The notes below the pieces were generated by a model. It saw only the letters and a list, made by a program, of their open reading frames with translations. It made no database searches and was not told the origin of the DNA. Both the position numbers and the translations under genes were made by a program. DNA of 63,804 nucleotides, counting the filler, from Perkinsus chesapeaki ATCC PRA-425 (taxonomy: Eukaryota; Protista; Perkinsozoa): the NCBI GenBank assembly GCA_013115145.1. It is 6 parts of 6 records of this genome, joined end to end, with 100 filler letters (N's around TTAATTAATTAA, not from the genome) between each part and the next. Parts side by side here need not be neighbours in the genome. Positions count along the whole stretch, not along the records: positions 19,283 to 42,621 come from JAAPAO010000563.1; positions 42,722 to 57,010 come from JAAPAO010000757.1; 4 more parts are not named here. One strand, written 5' to 3'. Shown here one piece after another: positions 33,434-45,741 of this stretch. Position 1 is the first letter of the stretch. Each line of letters begins with the position of its first letter.

Positions 33434-35900
33434 CATTGGTGAAACCAAAAGATGCGCCAATATCATGCCAGGCTGCTTGCAATTGGGAGTGTCCCTCGGG
33501 ATTTGACGAAGTACCTGTAATGGTAATTGATGAAATACTCACTTATCACCATAGAAATTGTTATTATATTGCCCTCTGTATTAGTTCACATTTCTCTGTC
33601 ACTTCATATTATAGATGATTAACATCATCATCCTCCATCGCTCCCATATTATTAATATCGCAGGTGTAGAGTAGTAGTAGAAGATAAGAAAGCATCAAAG
33701 GCAAGGAATGTATATCCTCAATGTTAATAATACCAGCAATAGCAGCTTTGATGGGCAATGGATTATTATTTTTATTTATTCCTTGTCTAAGTTTAATAAT
33801 ACATTCCATCTTCATAACCCGATCATAAGCTCATAATCCGGTTGTAGTATCCAAGCTATTTAAGTGTTGTCGAGTTATATAACTCAACCACCACCAGTGG
33901 TGGTGGTTGAGTTTTTCGTTGAGTTTTTTAAAAAAACTGGTGGTCCACCACCACCACCCCAGCCGCCCGCCTCACCTTGTCTATGCTCTTTTAACTTCTC
34001 TCCAACTCTTAACCATCTATCCTTAATATCTTCATCCTCCTCCTCTTCCTCTTCGGTGATTAATAAGTTGATCAATTGTATAAGGTCAGCACCAAAAGTG
34101 ATAGCCCTCATATAATCATTATAATAATAACCATCATCGAACTCACTTAATAAATCACTTTCCATATCCAATTCCAATGACTTAAAGTAAGTATCCAAAC
34201 TGGACTCCTCCTCCATTTCCATCTCCTGACACAGCAACCTCCTTTGTCTACCAATCATCCTATTCGCATAGTTCCACAGTGTGTCCATCACTAACTCACT
34301 ACTCCCGGCCGGAGACATTATATAATACATCACATCAAATGAGAGAGGCTACATTTTCGCATTCAACTCTTAAGGAGTCTATTAACATTCTACTCACTGA
34401 AGAACACTCCTCGTTAAAATTGCTAATGCAGTACCAAAGGGGATGATATGAAAAACCCAAGTGTTCGATTCAGCTGAAGACGACGATGGTAGAGTGCTGT
34501 TGCATAAAGATGTTACTATGTATTAAATGTTACGCGTGTACGTTGTAAGTTGAATAGATTAAGAGATGGGGTACTAACAAATGGGATAGTCATATTGATA
34601 TTACATATAATATTATATACAGTGGATTATATGGAAGTGGATAGTAGTAGTATTAGTATTAATGATATGTTTTTAATAAACCTTCAAATTCCAAATAGCT
34701 TTATCTAAAACATTAAAGGCGTGCTCGAAACCCTCAATACTCCGTCCCCTCTCGAAGCATTACATTCAATCTCCTGCTACTGCAGCAGCTGATGTTGCCT
34801 TCTCCTTCATTTGCCTTCTTCTGTATGTGATATGATATATATTGACATACTTTATAATATGGCCATGCCTTTGGGTTTGCTACAAGCTCCGATGCTATCA
34901 TCAATATATCACCATTTAATGAACAATTATCAGTCATAACTAAATTGAGAAAGCCTGGAGTGATAATAATAATAATAATAACAACCAGTAGTATTGTGTA
35001 ACTCTAGTTGTCATCATATATTGGATAATACTGCTGCTGCTGCAGCTTTTATAGCTCTGGGATTCTCCTACGATTTTAGTACTTCAACACAACACGAATG
35101 ATAATTGATAATAAATGGAAAAATGAATGACGATGATGATAACTGCACTTACTATTGATTAGTATGCTTCGTTATTGTTTTTGATGATATTTATAATTAC
35201 GTGGCGAGTGACGATTATAATAATAACAACACGGGTAGGATGATGATGATGATGATGATTATTGAATGGAATATAATGCTTCAATGTACAATATGAACGG
35301 CATGCCATAATGAATTGGATATCCTTCAAATCTTCATAGTGCGAAAAGATACGCCAAATCCATGATAATCATGATGCTGATGATGATGATGTTGTTGTTG
35401 TCTATATCGAGAGAGGGGTTTAGTATTAATTAGTTTTAATAATACTTTATTATTAATACAATCCTAACTAACACTTAATAATAGATATGATAATGATTTA
35501 TACATTACCAAACCACCACGAAAGGTGCCATATAAACAACACCTTACGGCTCACCCTTCAATGCTAATAGGTTCAATTGCATATCTAAAAATACCCCTAC
35601 CGAGGATCGAGCCCGTGCCCTCCTCTTACCATCATCATCATCTGATGTTATGATAAGCCTGCCATTAGTATCACCATCATTCAAGCTCATCAATAATGCA
35701 TCAATGACAAGCTGTAGTTGGCCAATGAGAGGCTGTGACGAGTCTTCTTCCTTATCATGACCAGAGGTCGGAGGGCAGCAAGGTGCCCAAGCAGTAGCAA
35801 GAGGTAGATAAGAACAACAACTTGTTGTTGTTCTTGTTGTGGCGGTGGTTGATTCAGACCTGATAAATTCAGACCAGCAGCAACACCATGACCACATACT
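33312..35900 (-). CDS. Probable multi-exon hypothetical acidic protein; structure unresolved
   Basis: Coding-like minus-strand blocks at 35544-35897, ~35200-35360, 34734-34937, 33884-34333 (helical, E/D-rich) and 33312-33542, separated by AT-rich microsatellite introns. Confidence 0.35.
33364..33436. repeat. (CAT)n microsatellite, ~24 units
   Basis: Near-pure CAT run with one CAC; reads as poly-Asp in minus ORF 33312-33542. Confidence 0.95.
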
Positions 35901-36293
35901 TCACAAAGGGAAGAAAAGGAAGAAGGAGCACAGTTGCTTGTGGGGGGGGGGAAGGTGAGTTTTGATACATGATATATTAAAGCATTCAAGATAATGTTAG
36001 GATTATTAACATTATTATCAAATATTAAATATATTATAATTGGTACATAGGTTAGCCGATGATTATTTTGTTGTTGACTCCTATCCATCGAGGGTAACGA
36101 CAATAATAAGCTGGGCGGAAGAATGAGAAGATTATCAAAGTCACAGGACCCACTATGGGCTCTCTAAGCATGCAATATTACTCCTAACCTAGTACTACTA
36201 CTACTACTAACATGACTACATATTCGATAACTAATATTATTCGACAAGATCAATAATGCCTTGCTGATAATATCTACAGCCAATAAATTGGTC

Positions 36294-38884
36294 TCACTTC
36301 ATTGTATTTTTCTGTTGGTTGTAAGAGTCATTAGATGATGATACAGTAGATACACTAGCTCCATGATAAGAGCATGATGGTTGGGTATTCATAGTCCCTG
36401 CTCTAGCGGCACGATGTTGCTGTTGGGAATATGTCTGAGGGTCAGTAATGATAAGCTGCGTTACTTCTGATGGAAAAATCACCAAATTGATGGCATGCTC
36501 GAGTAGATGCGGATTGTCTTGAATAGCATCCATAATCTCACACGCTGCAACAAGCACATTGCCGCTCCTCCCAGTTACACTAACTATTCTCTAAAACATA
36601 TGGAAAATGTGAAACATGAATCGCTTCGCTCCGCCTCTTACCTCCACTAAACCATTAATACGAGATGATATTTGTATATGAACTCCACATCCAACAGCAA
36701 GTCGTCTAAAACACAATTACCAGATATTATTTCAACTACTAATACTAATTCTAACCCATCATTCATCGAAGGAGAATCATATCATTATCACCTATCAAAT
36801 TTACGGTCACCAAACGGGTTTTTACACTTCTATCAATGATGATAATGATGTATCATACATTATCCCAACAATTGCATACTTTTTCGGAGTCAGGTCGTCC
36901 AATTAGACGCCTTCATAATAATTAACCAGCAGCCCAGCAACTCTAGCGGCAAGATAACTGCTAAGCCTGCTGTATAGGCTATACCCCCCAAAACCGATTA
37001 CAAAAAACTTCTTATAGTGGAGGAATGAGCGCAAAGTATGTTATATCTGTTTGTAATGATTCGATTCTTATTAATATTGTTGTTGCTTAGTGATGATGTG
37101 ATGATGATATTATCCTTCGTTCTTCTCCCCCTTTCTATAACGTTGGATGTAATCACCTATCCCCTATGGATTTCCCTCAATCTTACGTTAGCCTCAAATC
37201 TACCTAGTGTACCCTTCTGACCAAATCACATCGATCGCAATTTTATGAAAACACATTCCCATCATCTTACTTGATATCACTCCCATGTTGACCCATTAAC
37301 ACACCAATTGCCGAGTTAGGAACTATCAATCTCATCGTAACCGGACGTGTTGCTTTACACCACCCACCGCCGCCACCAACATCACCAAGCGCCACCGCCG
37401 TGGCCAACGATAATGTTGTATTATATTCCTAAATATATCAACAAACTTAGGATATATCTTCGCCTTTATATCCTTCCTTACATTACGGAAATACGGTGAT
37501 TTGGTCTCTTCTTGTACTTGAAGTATCTCATTACAATACTCAAACTTAGCTATTATATCTTCCAATGCCTACTGTTATTATTATTACGACAGTATTAGTC
37601 TACTCATCATCATCAGTAATATTACCTGTCTAATATTAATACTAACACCAAATATAACCATAACCCTCTCCATTGTACCAGGGAAGAAACTACCACTTGA
37701 TGATACTTTAATAGACACTTTACACGCCTACCAACATAAGACACATACAACGAATGAGATCATACATAAAATCTAATAATATACTACTCGATATGATATA
37801 CTCTATCAATCTTTAGAAGATTATGTGTTCATAATAACTAGCTACTCAGACTCTGAGTACCTTACTATGTCTGCTATGAGTCTTACTATGTAAGCTACTC
37901 TGAGTCTCAGAGTATCAGGGCAGCATTCAAACTAATTGTTTGCTCCTTCTCCTCTTTACGTTATAATTTACTGCAATCGTGGTATAACATAAAGCCCAAT
38001 GTTCTAAGGTTTAACACTACACGTTCTCCTCCAAATAATCGGATATTTGGTAGATTATATATTAATATGGACCGAGACGTATCCTTTAAGATATCAGTAT
38101 ACGTTCACCCACAGTAAATGAAGATATACATCCATATCTCAAACCAACCAAACCCATAGCTCTATAAGATATCTCCCTGCATTACTACCTGCTCAATATG
38201 TGCTATCTCTGAGCCATTCTTCCCTATTATAGCTCCGGCCTGTTTATGTGTTACTAGAAGCTTGCACGAGCATTTATTATCGGTCATCATTGTAGGCTGA
38301 TGCTGTGGCTGGTGTTCGTTCCATACTGCATTATGCGGCTGGTGATGTTGGTGGTAACCTAAACATGTCCCTTATACCATAATACAATTATGGCTCCAAA
38401 GACTACCAGCATCATCAGTTCCTTCGGGTGCACTAGAGATTGTACCTGTTCATATACATAATTGGACGACATAATATTAAACCTTCAAGCGATTTGTTAA
38501 CTATATCAAGCCTGTTATCCAAGCCCTCAGGTTTTATAAACGTTCAGCTTGCAGCATCATGAAAGCATCATTGCGTGAGCATATAATAATAAACCAGATT
38601 TAGCAAGTATTATTTTCCATATTGAATATCTAGATATTTGACCACCCGCCCCCCCATGCACTACTGCTTGATGTTTGATGCCTATAAGACCTCCATTCTG
38701 GTCTGCTATAGCTGATTAATGGTGTGCATGATGATGCACTTGGGGGGTGATTACGCAATGCAGATGGGACAAAAGCCGCTGCGTACGGACTTAGGGTGAA
38801 ACTGATAGAAAATTCGTCAAATCCGTCCTTCTCATTGAAGAGCGGTTGTTCCATTGTACTTTTTAGTAGGCCCAGAAGAGCCAT
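36294..38884 (-). CDS. PAM2-like motif plus KH-domain (PCBP/Nova-like) RNA-binding protein, multi-exon
   Basis: N-terminal TLSPYAAAFVP; KH1 CKLLVTHKQAGAIIGKNGSEIAHIEQ (~38180-38265); KH2 MRLIVPNSAIGVLMGQHGSDIK|RLAVGCGVHIQISSRINGLVE|RIVSVTGRSGNVLVAACEIMDAI with in-phase GT-AG junctions. Ends approximate. Confidence 0.72.
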
Positions 38885-39696
38885 GTGCTGCTGATGCTAT
38901 ATTTCCTCCTCCTTGTTGTTGTTGACTACTGTTGGACGTCTGCATATAAATGCTGTAAAAATACTAGACTATGGTACAGTGGTCCGAGTAAGATCAAAAT
39001 AAGAACATTCTCATCACAACAAACCCATACAGTGAACTCTGCTACTACTGTCGATGCCTATTGTAGGCCACAACGGTTAAGCGATAAAGATATTTCATAG
39101 GTTACTAGTATGACATCTGTATTTGCTGATGCTAATGCTGCTCGAGAAGAGAAAAGGGCCGTGTTACGTCAGAAGCATTTAAATGTCCTTTCGTGCATTG
39201 AGGACACTAGGTTGCTATTTTTTAAAGTTTTCCCCCAAATTTCACGATCTCGAATGCGGCGAATAATAATCATTTTTATGTGTTAGCTTTGGACAACTTA
39301 GAGATAGTCAGTTGGGACTAATGAAAGAATATTTCAACGCCGCCAAACACGTACCACGCTACCATGGACCAACTGCAAGGCCAGTGGTCCCAAATGTATT
39401 AGACGGTGGTCCAAAAAGTATCACTTCTCAGAAATTTGCCCTGACGGTTAAATTTGGCGGGCCCGCACACTTCTACGAGGCAGTCTGCCCCTCTCTGAGG
39501 ACCCGGACTTTGGAAGTTCCTCCTCAATGAACAGTTTTTCATTCATTTCTCTTTCGCACGCGCGGAAAAAGTTTTAAAAGTGCTCTTGCCTGGATTCGAA
39601 CATACAAACCTCATATCTCGCTCGCCCATGGCTCAATTGTTGTTGTTACTTCGGGTAAGGCCTACCTGCAGGTGAGGATCGATGGTACAACAGGTT

Positions 39697-40020
39697 GTAA
39701 CACGTATAATAGTCGTACTTGTCACAGTAACACGTATAATAGTCGTACTTGTCACAGTAACACGTATAATAGTCGTACTTGTCACAGTAACACGTATAAT
39801 ANNNNNNNNNNNNNNNNNNNNNNNNNNNNNNNNNNNNNNNNNNNNNNNNNNNNNNNNNNNNNNNNNNNNNNNNNNNNNNNNNNNNNNNNNNNNNNNNNAT
39901 AGTCGTACTTGTCACAGTAACACGTATAATAGTCGTACTTGTCACAGTAACACGTATAATAGTCGTACTTGTCACAGTAACACGTATAATAGTCGTACTT
40001 GTCACAGTAACACGTATAAT
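39697..40020. repeat. 30-bp perfect tandem repeat spanning a 97-N scaffold gap
   Basis: Unit GTAACACGTATAATAGTCGTACTTGTCACA; ~3.5 copies before and ~4 after the gap at 39802-39898. Confidence 0.97.
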
Positions 40021-40029
40021 AGGCATACT

Positions 40030-40780
40030 TTTCATCCAGGATAGATCCTAATAAGGATCTTTACCCGGTCCTTTACCCAGGAGAGCTTGGGTCCGTCCTC
40101 CGGTCATCGGTCGCAGATGATCGGTGACACTGTCGAAACCACGGATAATGAAATTCCGAGGGGGAATAGGGGTTGCAGTCGGCATCTGGTGAAGAGTTTC
40201 CAAGATCAAGTCGCGACAAACGGCCACCAATATGGATACCCAGGTAGCTTGGCAATGCCAAGTTGGCATAGAACTGTTGGGAGCAGTCTATCGTCACACT
40301 ACCGGTGTTAAATAAGCGACAATTGATGAGTTTGGTGGTATCCGTTCGATAGTGAGTCCTTACTCATGACAGCTACAGTTTTGACAGTATCGTTGTAATT
40401 CAGTGACAGTCGCGTGTCATAGAGCGGGGCAGTGCCCCGGAGGCACTACTCGTACTGTACGAGTCGTACATTACACCTATTGGCATTCGGATTGCATAGT
40501 GAAGCTCTGACGTTCGTCAACTAACAGTCATTAACTTAAGCAGTCGAAGATTTCTTCTGGAAGGAGCGAGAGTATTGAGAGCTACTTGTTTAACTCTTTG
40601 GTCATAACATAGAACTTCACACGAAATAGCAAGGAATTCCAACATTCTCGTTTCTTCAACTGATAGCTCAAATTGGGCATAAACGAAGGAAGTAGGGAAC
40701 AGTCAGGAGATGAGAGAAAGGAAAGGTCCAGCAGCTGATGAGCCTGACACAGGGTGACAGGGTGAGAAAGTCTTCCTCAG
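40030..40780 (-). pseudogene. Possible decayed retrotransposon integrase-region remnant
   Basis: TWHCQATWVSILVAVCRDL...PIPPRNFIIRGFDSVTDHLRPMTGGRTQALLG resembles the zinc-binding/core junction of LTR integrases; stops and frameshifts on both sides. Confidence 0.3.
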
Positions 40781-40880
40781 CAAGAGCGTAAAGGCGGTTC
40801 GAGATGCCATGTCATGAGCGAGCTGCCTGTATTTCCTAGCAACGGTTATGTACCGGTACTCGAGTTGCAACAGTGTTGAG

Positions 40881-40905
40881 GACTGTCGGAGGGCCTCCGA
40901 CAGTC
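40881..40905. repeat. 12-bp inverted repeat with 1-nt centre
   Basis: GACTGTCGGAGG-G-CCTCCGACAGTC, extendable by GTGTT/AACAC; followed by two more CTCCGACGG(A) copies. Confidence 0.9.
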
Positions 40906-41107
40906 AACACTCCGACGGACAGCCTCCGACGGAGGCTTCATTGAATCAGCGCGAGTGATTTCTGGTTCGAGGCGTCCAGTTATTGGAACTGGACTTCGGC
41001 CCCGTTATGCGAACAGTTCGCAGCGAACTCTTCGCATTCTATTCATTTGTGCCCCCCGTCCCCCCAACCAAGCGTTGAGAGGCCAAGTGTTGATAGACCA
41101 GGAGCCC

Positions 41108-41350
41108 GTTCAAGTGTCCACTTTTCCGAGTGCACAAGCTCGGAAAAGTCACCCTTCCGAGCTCAGAGAAAATTGTCTGTTCAAGTGACATCCGTCCGAG
41201 TCCCCCCAATCCGAGTATCCGGGGAAACCCTTCCGAGCACAATTCCGAGGTACTCAGGTAGCCGTTCCGAGTGCTCTGTTCAAGTGCACGCAAAACACTA
41301 GGAAACACTCCCCTCGCGCTCCGAGTGCGAACACGTAGTGTTTCCGAGTC
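41108..41350. repeat. Cluster of short motifs (TCCGAG x9 plus 1 inverted; GTTCAAGTG x3)
   Basis: TCCGAG at 41125, 41156, 41195, 41210, 41232, 41244, 41266, 41320 and 41343; hairpin ACTTTTCCGAG/CTCGGAAAAGT at 41120-41149. Confidence 0.85.
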
Positions 41351-41712
41351 CCCCTTAACACAAAGCACCTTCAATGACTGGAAATCACCCACTACCTACG
41401 TAACTGATATAGGATAAGTACGGACACTTTACGATCGACTCAAATAAGGCAGTTCCACCACATTTCATTCATCTAGAAAGCCAAATAATGCTCATTATGA
41501 CCGGTACCACTCACAAAAGAAAGAAGTATGCTGAAAGTTGCAGCCTGTAACGATAACCATATGATATGTTCCGTAATATGGACATAATATGGGCTCCACA
41601 TCAAACACAGTGCTAGTAGCACTTGACTCAAAAAAACAAAATAGAGGCACATGCCGATTGGCGTATATGATGATTGGCATTACTCGTCCATGATAAATAC
41701 CCACAAGCGTGA

Positions 41713-42489
41713 TTATTCTTTCGCATAGAAGAGCTCGAGATCCAGCTTCATCTTCTCACAGAGCAAACGGTAATACTCTGTTTTTTGCCTTACATAGTCT
41801 TCCTGCGACGCCTTGAGGGAAACCTTAGCATCATTCAAAGAGCGCGTGGTACAAGTAAGACGCTGCCTCTTAGACGGCTTCAATGGTAGTGTAGGAGCCG
41901 CTGATGAAGATAACGAAGACGAAGGAGAGTTGGAGGTCCCGTAACGGGACTCCCGTTAAGAGGGATGCCGGAGGAATCAGTAATATCGGCACTTTCCTCA
42001 GCTTCAACTATAGGATGTAATACATCATCAAGGTCAATTGCATTCGCAGGAACACCATCGGACGAAACTTCCAAACCGTCAACGCTAGCCTTACTTCCAC
42101 TTCCGAGGATGCGCTCAACTAGCTTATCCAAGTCATCGAGCTTACTCTGTGAGCCACCACCGCTACCAGTCTTGGCATTCTGATCTATCTTTTCCCTATA
42201 TCTCTTTTTCAAGTCGCCCCATCTTGAGTCCCTCAAGTAAGCAACCAGTTTGTTCGTAGCCTTGGTGTCACCGGACTTGGCTAGCTCTCTCTTTGTCGGT
42301 CATTCTCCCCCAGAGGCTACGCCACTCGTGGGAGATGACGCTCGCAGCTATACTTCGCCACTTATCAATACGAGTCTCACGAGTATGGGAGTTGTCGAGC
42401 TTGCCCTCCAAGTGTTTGATATTCGCCTCCACCAGAGACAAAAACTTGATCTTTTCCTCTAGAGCGCGCTGACGATCCTCCTCCGCCAT
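41713..42489 (-). pseudogene. Frameshifted Myb/SANT-like DNA-binding protein (PIF/Harbinger ORF1 / MSANTD type)
   Basis: MAEEDRQRALEEKIKFLSLVEANIKHLEGKLDNSHTRETRIDKWRSIAASV / (shift) YLRDSRWGDLKKRYREKIDQNAKTGSGGG...DDLDKLVERILG / (shift) ...YYRLLCEKMKLDLELFYAKE*: trihelix core, TGSG motif and coiled-coil tail. Confidence 0.65.
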
Positions 42490-42621
42490 TCGTGCCCCCC
42501 TTCCCCCCAACCAATGTTGATAGACCTAAAGCTGATAGACGAAAAGTTGATGCAGTTGACAAGTTTCCAACAGAGCAAATGTTGGTAGAGCACGTTTCCG
42601 AATGAAAACAGCACACTTACT

Positions 42622-42721
42622 NNNNNNNNNNNNNNNNNNNNNNNNNNNNNNNNNNNNNNNNNNNNTTAATTAATTAANNNNNNNNNNNNNNNNNNNNNNN
42701 NNNNNNNNNNNNNNNNNNNNN
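42622..42721. other. Artificial contig joiner
   Basis: 44 N + TTAATTAATTAA + 44 N. Confidence 0.97.
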
Positions 42722-42794
42722 TTAGTACATTAGTAGCAGTACTAGCGTCGAGCTGAGCTTAAGGCTCCATTGTTGTGCAGTTGCACAACAACAT

Positions 42795-43115
42795 AAGTCC
42801 AAGTTCGGCTCCTACTGCAAGACCAATGGTGTCTGCTTTGGTTTCTACCATAAGGGTGATGGCTATTGCTTCCAGCCTACCGAGCAAGCGACCTGTGACG
42901 ACAGTGTCCTTAAGCCTGTTACTTGCCAAGACACTTGCCAGCAAGTATGTGACAGCCTGCCAAGCTGCAAGGGCTCCAAATATGGGTCTTACTGCAAAAC
43001 CTGGCAAAACCCTCCTGTCTGCTTTGGTATCATTCAGAAGGCTGATAAATCGTTATGCTTTCATCCTGCCGACCCACAAGGTTGCAACGGTGATCCTTAT
43101 CCTTGCACGTCATAG
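42795..43115 (+). pseudogene. 5'-truncated duplicate of the Cys-rich secreted protein at 45328
   Basis: Near-identical from KSKFGSYCK to PYPCTS* (offset 2626 bp) but lacks the ATG, signal peptide and first Cys residues; upstream sequence is unrelated. Confidence 0.75.
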
Positions 43116-45327
43116 AGGATTGCCATCTATTATTCGATCATCATGCTCTCGAAAGCACTTACAAAGAGGGTATCTCAAAACTTCTGTTTCTTGATCGCTC
43201 ACCCTCTTACACAGTACCGTCATCAGGGTGATGGCCTCAGTCTAGGACGTAGCTTTTGCTCGTTCAGGATGTACAGATTTACCAGTTTGTAATGTCGTAT
43301 GCCATTGACATTCACCAAACTTTAACTTTCGAGTATGACGATGCAAAGGACTGCTTCGTTTACGCGTAAAGTTGTCCATTAACATGAGTCGGGAATGACT
43401 CGAAATAGGACTTCATTATAACGCAACTCGATAATATGTTGGTGGTTCGGGTATTGGTTCAACGGTCATTAAACGAGTTTCGAAGTTTGAATTGTTTAAC
43501 TTAGTGGCTAGTTCTGACGACACTGGATATATGAAGGTTAGCCTCGGGTTTGTTCTCCACATCTCGGTTTGCGTTGTTAATTCCCATGGGTCAGTGTAGA
43601 GACAGTTGTGACAGGTTCGAAAGCAATGCAAAGCCTCGACTGGAGCAGAAATGTGTGCTGATATCACTTCATAAACCGAAACCCGTCCCATGATTCGCTC
43701 GGAGATTTTTTCCAGGTATGAACATGAACTTGAGCCATGCTTGAGCCACAAGTAATCTTGCTTGAGGCCTCAGCCTTGATGGAACTCCGAAAGATATAAT
43801 GCATTACACATTATTTCCCAGATAGTATGCGTGTTAGAATCGGACTCTATCATCTCCAGGCACCTTACCAAGAAAGATCATGGCTTAAGGCCCAAAATAG
43901 GGTGCGTATTTCAAATTAAGGTGGCAGCTATTCCGTGCCGACGTTCCAGTTCTTGATAACAAGTGAGTGTACGGTGTTGGAACTTGGATGATACATTGAA
44001 TGTTATATAAGGGCGAGTTCTCTGGATTGTGGGGTCCGAGTCGGCGATCTGGCATCAAGAACGTTACATTCTTGATCTATTTGGAGCGGTGTATGATCCA
44101 CATTAAAGGCTTACCAATCTACTGTTAGCATCTACTGCTACGATCACCTGTCTCAAACCTTCTACAGTGAACCGGTAAGACCACGCAGTTCGCCTGTTCT
44201 TCAAGGATAACTCAACGACTCATAATGGCTCCCTCTGGCGCCATTATGATCAACACTCGCAAAGGGAACAAGTTGCACTTCAATGGTGAAGAAAATGACA
44301 CCAACGCCTTCAAGCTCAATGATTCAGGGCTATCAACGTTCAATCAACTACGAACACGAACTATACGGTATAGTCTATACCCCTTTACCATATGATACTG
44401 AGGTGGATATCAGCTCACGAGATGTCAAAGTTTGTCTCGGCCCGAGACACTCGGACCTGCGCCCCACTCTGACTACTTACATTTCGATAACAGGGAGGGA
44501 GTCCCTTGCTCTTTCAAGTTTCCAGTACTGTACCAATGAACGATTCATGATCATCCTCAACCCATTGCCACTCTGAGCCGCTTCTCTGTTCGGAAGGGTA
44601 GGTGTTATTCATTGTGCGCAGCCTGCCCCATTGCACATACGTGCGCAGCTGATTTCTCTTGGTAGAGTAAGATAAGTGGAACGAGCCCTTTATCGGCTCT
44701 CTCCGCCTGGTGTAGCATCGATGCGCTACTCGGACCCCAGCCACCTAGATGAGTCAAGCTGCTTTGAACAGCTCTACTGGCAGCACGTGCTCCTTCGAAG
44801 TTGTGCGGTGAAATTGAGTTGATTGCGAGGAAGTGTCTAGCCTGTTGAGTGTAACTTACACTGGGCGATGGTCCCGGAGCCTTGAGCGAAACATGTACTG
44901 ACGAGCGATTCCATCTGGTTTATGAAACCGAGAATAGCAATGTTGTGTTTGTGCTGCTTATAATTGGGTCGGACTACGTGGCGCCTTCGTCTCCAGATCG
45001 CATGCGTGCCAGCTCAACCGGCTTCAGACCCACCGCGAGAGCCTCGAACCTGGATCGCATCGCCGATTCATCCAGGAACACATATTGGTTTACCGGCGAA
45101 TGCTCTACCTTGTCAACCTCGTTAAAAGTTGGGAACATGCCCGGCCTCATAATAAAACTGACCTTTTCGTGAATTCTTCCTTATGCACATGCGTGCAACT
45201 TAGCTGCCGACCAAAAAAGCTTTGGAAACATCTTCAGTTCGTCCCCAATGATTCCCAATCGAAACCTTTTGTTCGTTATTTTCCCTTTTCAGCGTCTGCT
45301 ACACTTTTATAACTCTCCCCTTTCTAA

Positions 45328-45741
45328 ATGCTTACCCGCTTCATCGTTCTCAGTGCTGCTTGCGCCGCAGCTCTCGGCGATAACTGCCAGGCTCTTTGTG
45401 ATTCTCACCCCGCCTGTGCTAAGTCCAAGTTCGGCTCCTACTGCAAGACCAATGGTGTCTGCTTTGGTTTCTATCATAAGGGTCATGGCTATTGCTTCCA
45501 GCCTACCGAGCAAGCGACCTGTGACGACAGTGTCCTTAAGCCTGTTTCTTGCCAAGATACTTGCCAGCAAGTATGTGACAGCCTGCCGAGCTGCAAGGGC
45601 TCCAAATATGGGTCTTACTGCAAAACCTGGCAAAACCCTCCTGTCTGCTTTGGTATCATTCAGAAGGCTGATAAATCGTTATGCTTTCATCCTGCCGACC
45701 CACAAGGTTGCAACGGTGATCCTTATCCTTGCACGTCATAG
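45328..45741 (+). CDS. Small secreted cysteine-rich protein with two C-x3-C-x5-C-x4-GSYCK...VCFG repeats
   Basis: Signal peptide MLTRFIVLSAACAAALG; internal repeat CQALCDSHPACAKSKFGSYCK...VCFG / CQQVCDSLPSCKGSKYGSYCK...VCFG. Confidence 0.88.
   Translation: MLTRFIVLSAACAAALGDNCQALCDSHPACAKSKFGSYCKTNGVCFGFYHKGHGYCFQPTEQATCDDSVLKPVSCQDTCQQVCDSLPSCKGSKYGSYCKTWQNPPVCFGIIQKADKSLCFHPADPQGCNGDPYPCTS

Noticed and set aside
39697-40020. CRISPR-like array
   Set aside because: Units are contiguous and identical with no unique spacers, there are no cas genes, and the context is eukaryotic.
39646-40044. Three repetitive ORFs (TTIIRVTVTS, SRTCHSNTYN, VVLVTVTRII)
   Set aside because: By-product of a 30-bp unit that lacks stops in those frames; no independent coding evidence.
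44150-44580. Fragmentary secreted-protein-like frames (e.g. MAPSGAIMINTRKGNKLHFNGEE)
   Set aside because: Several short frames with stops and no recognisable motif; cannot be supported beyond a possible pseudogene.
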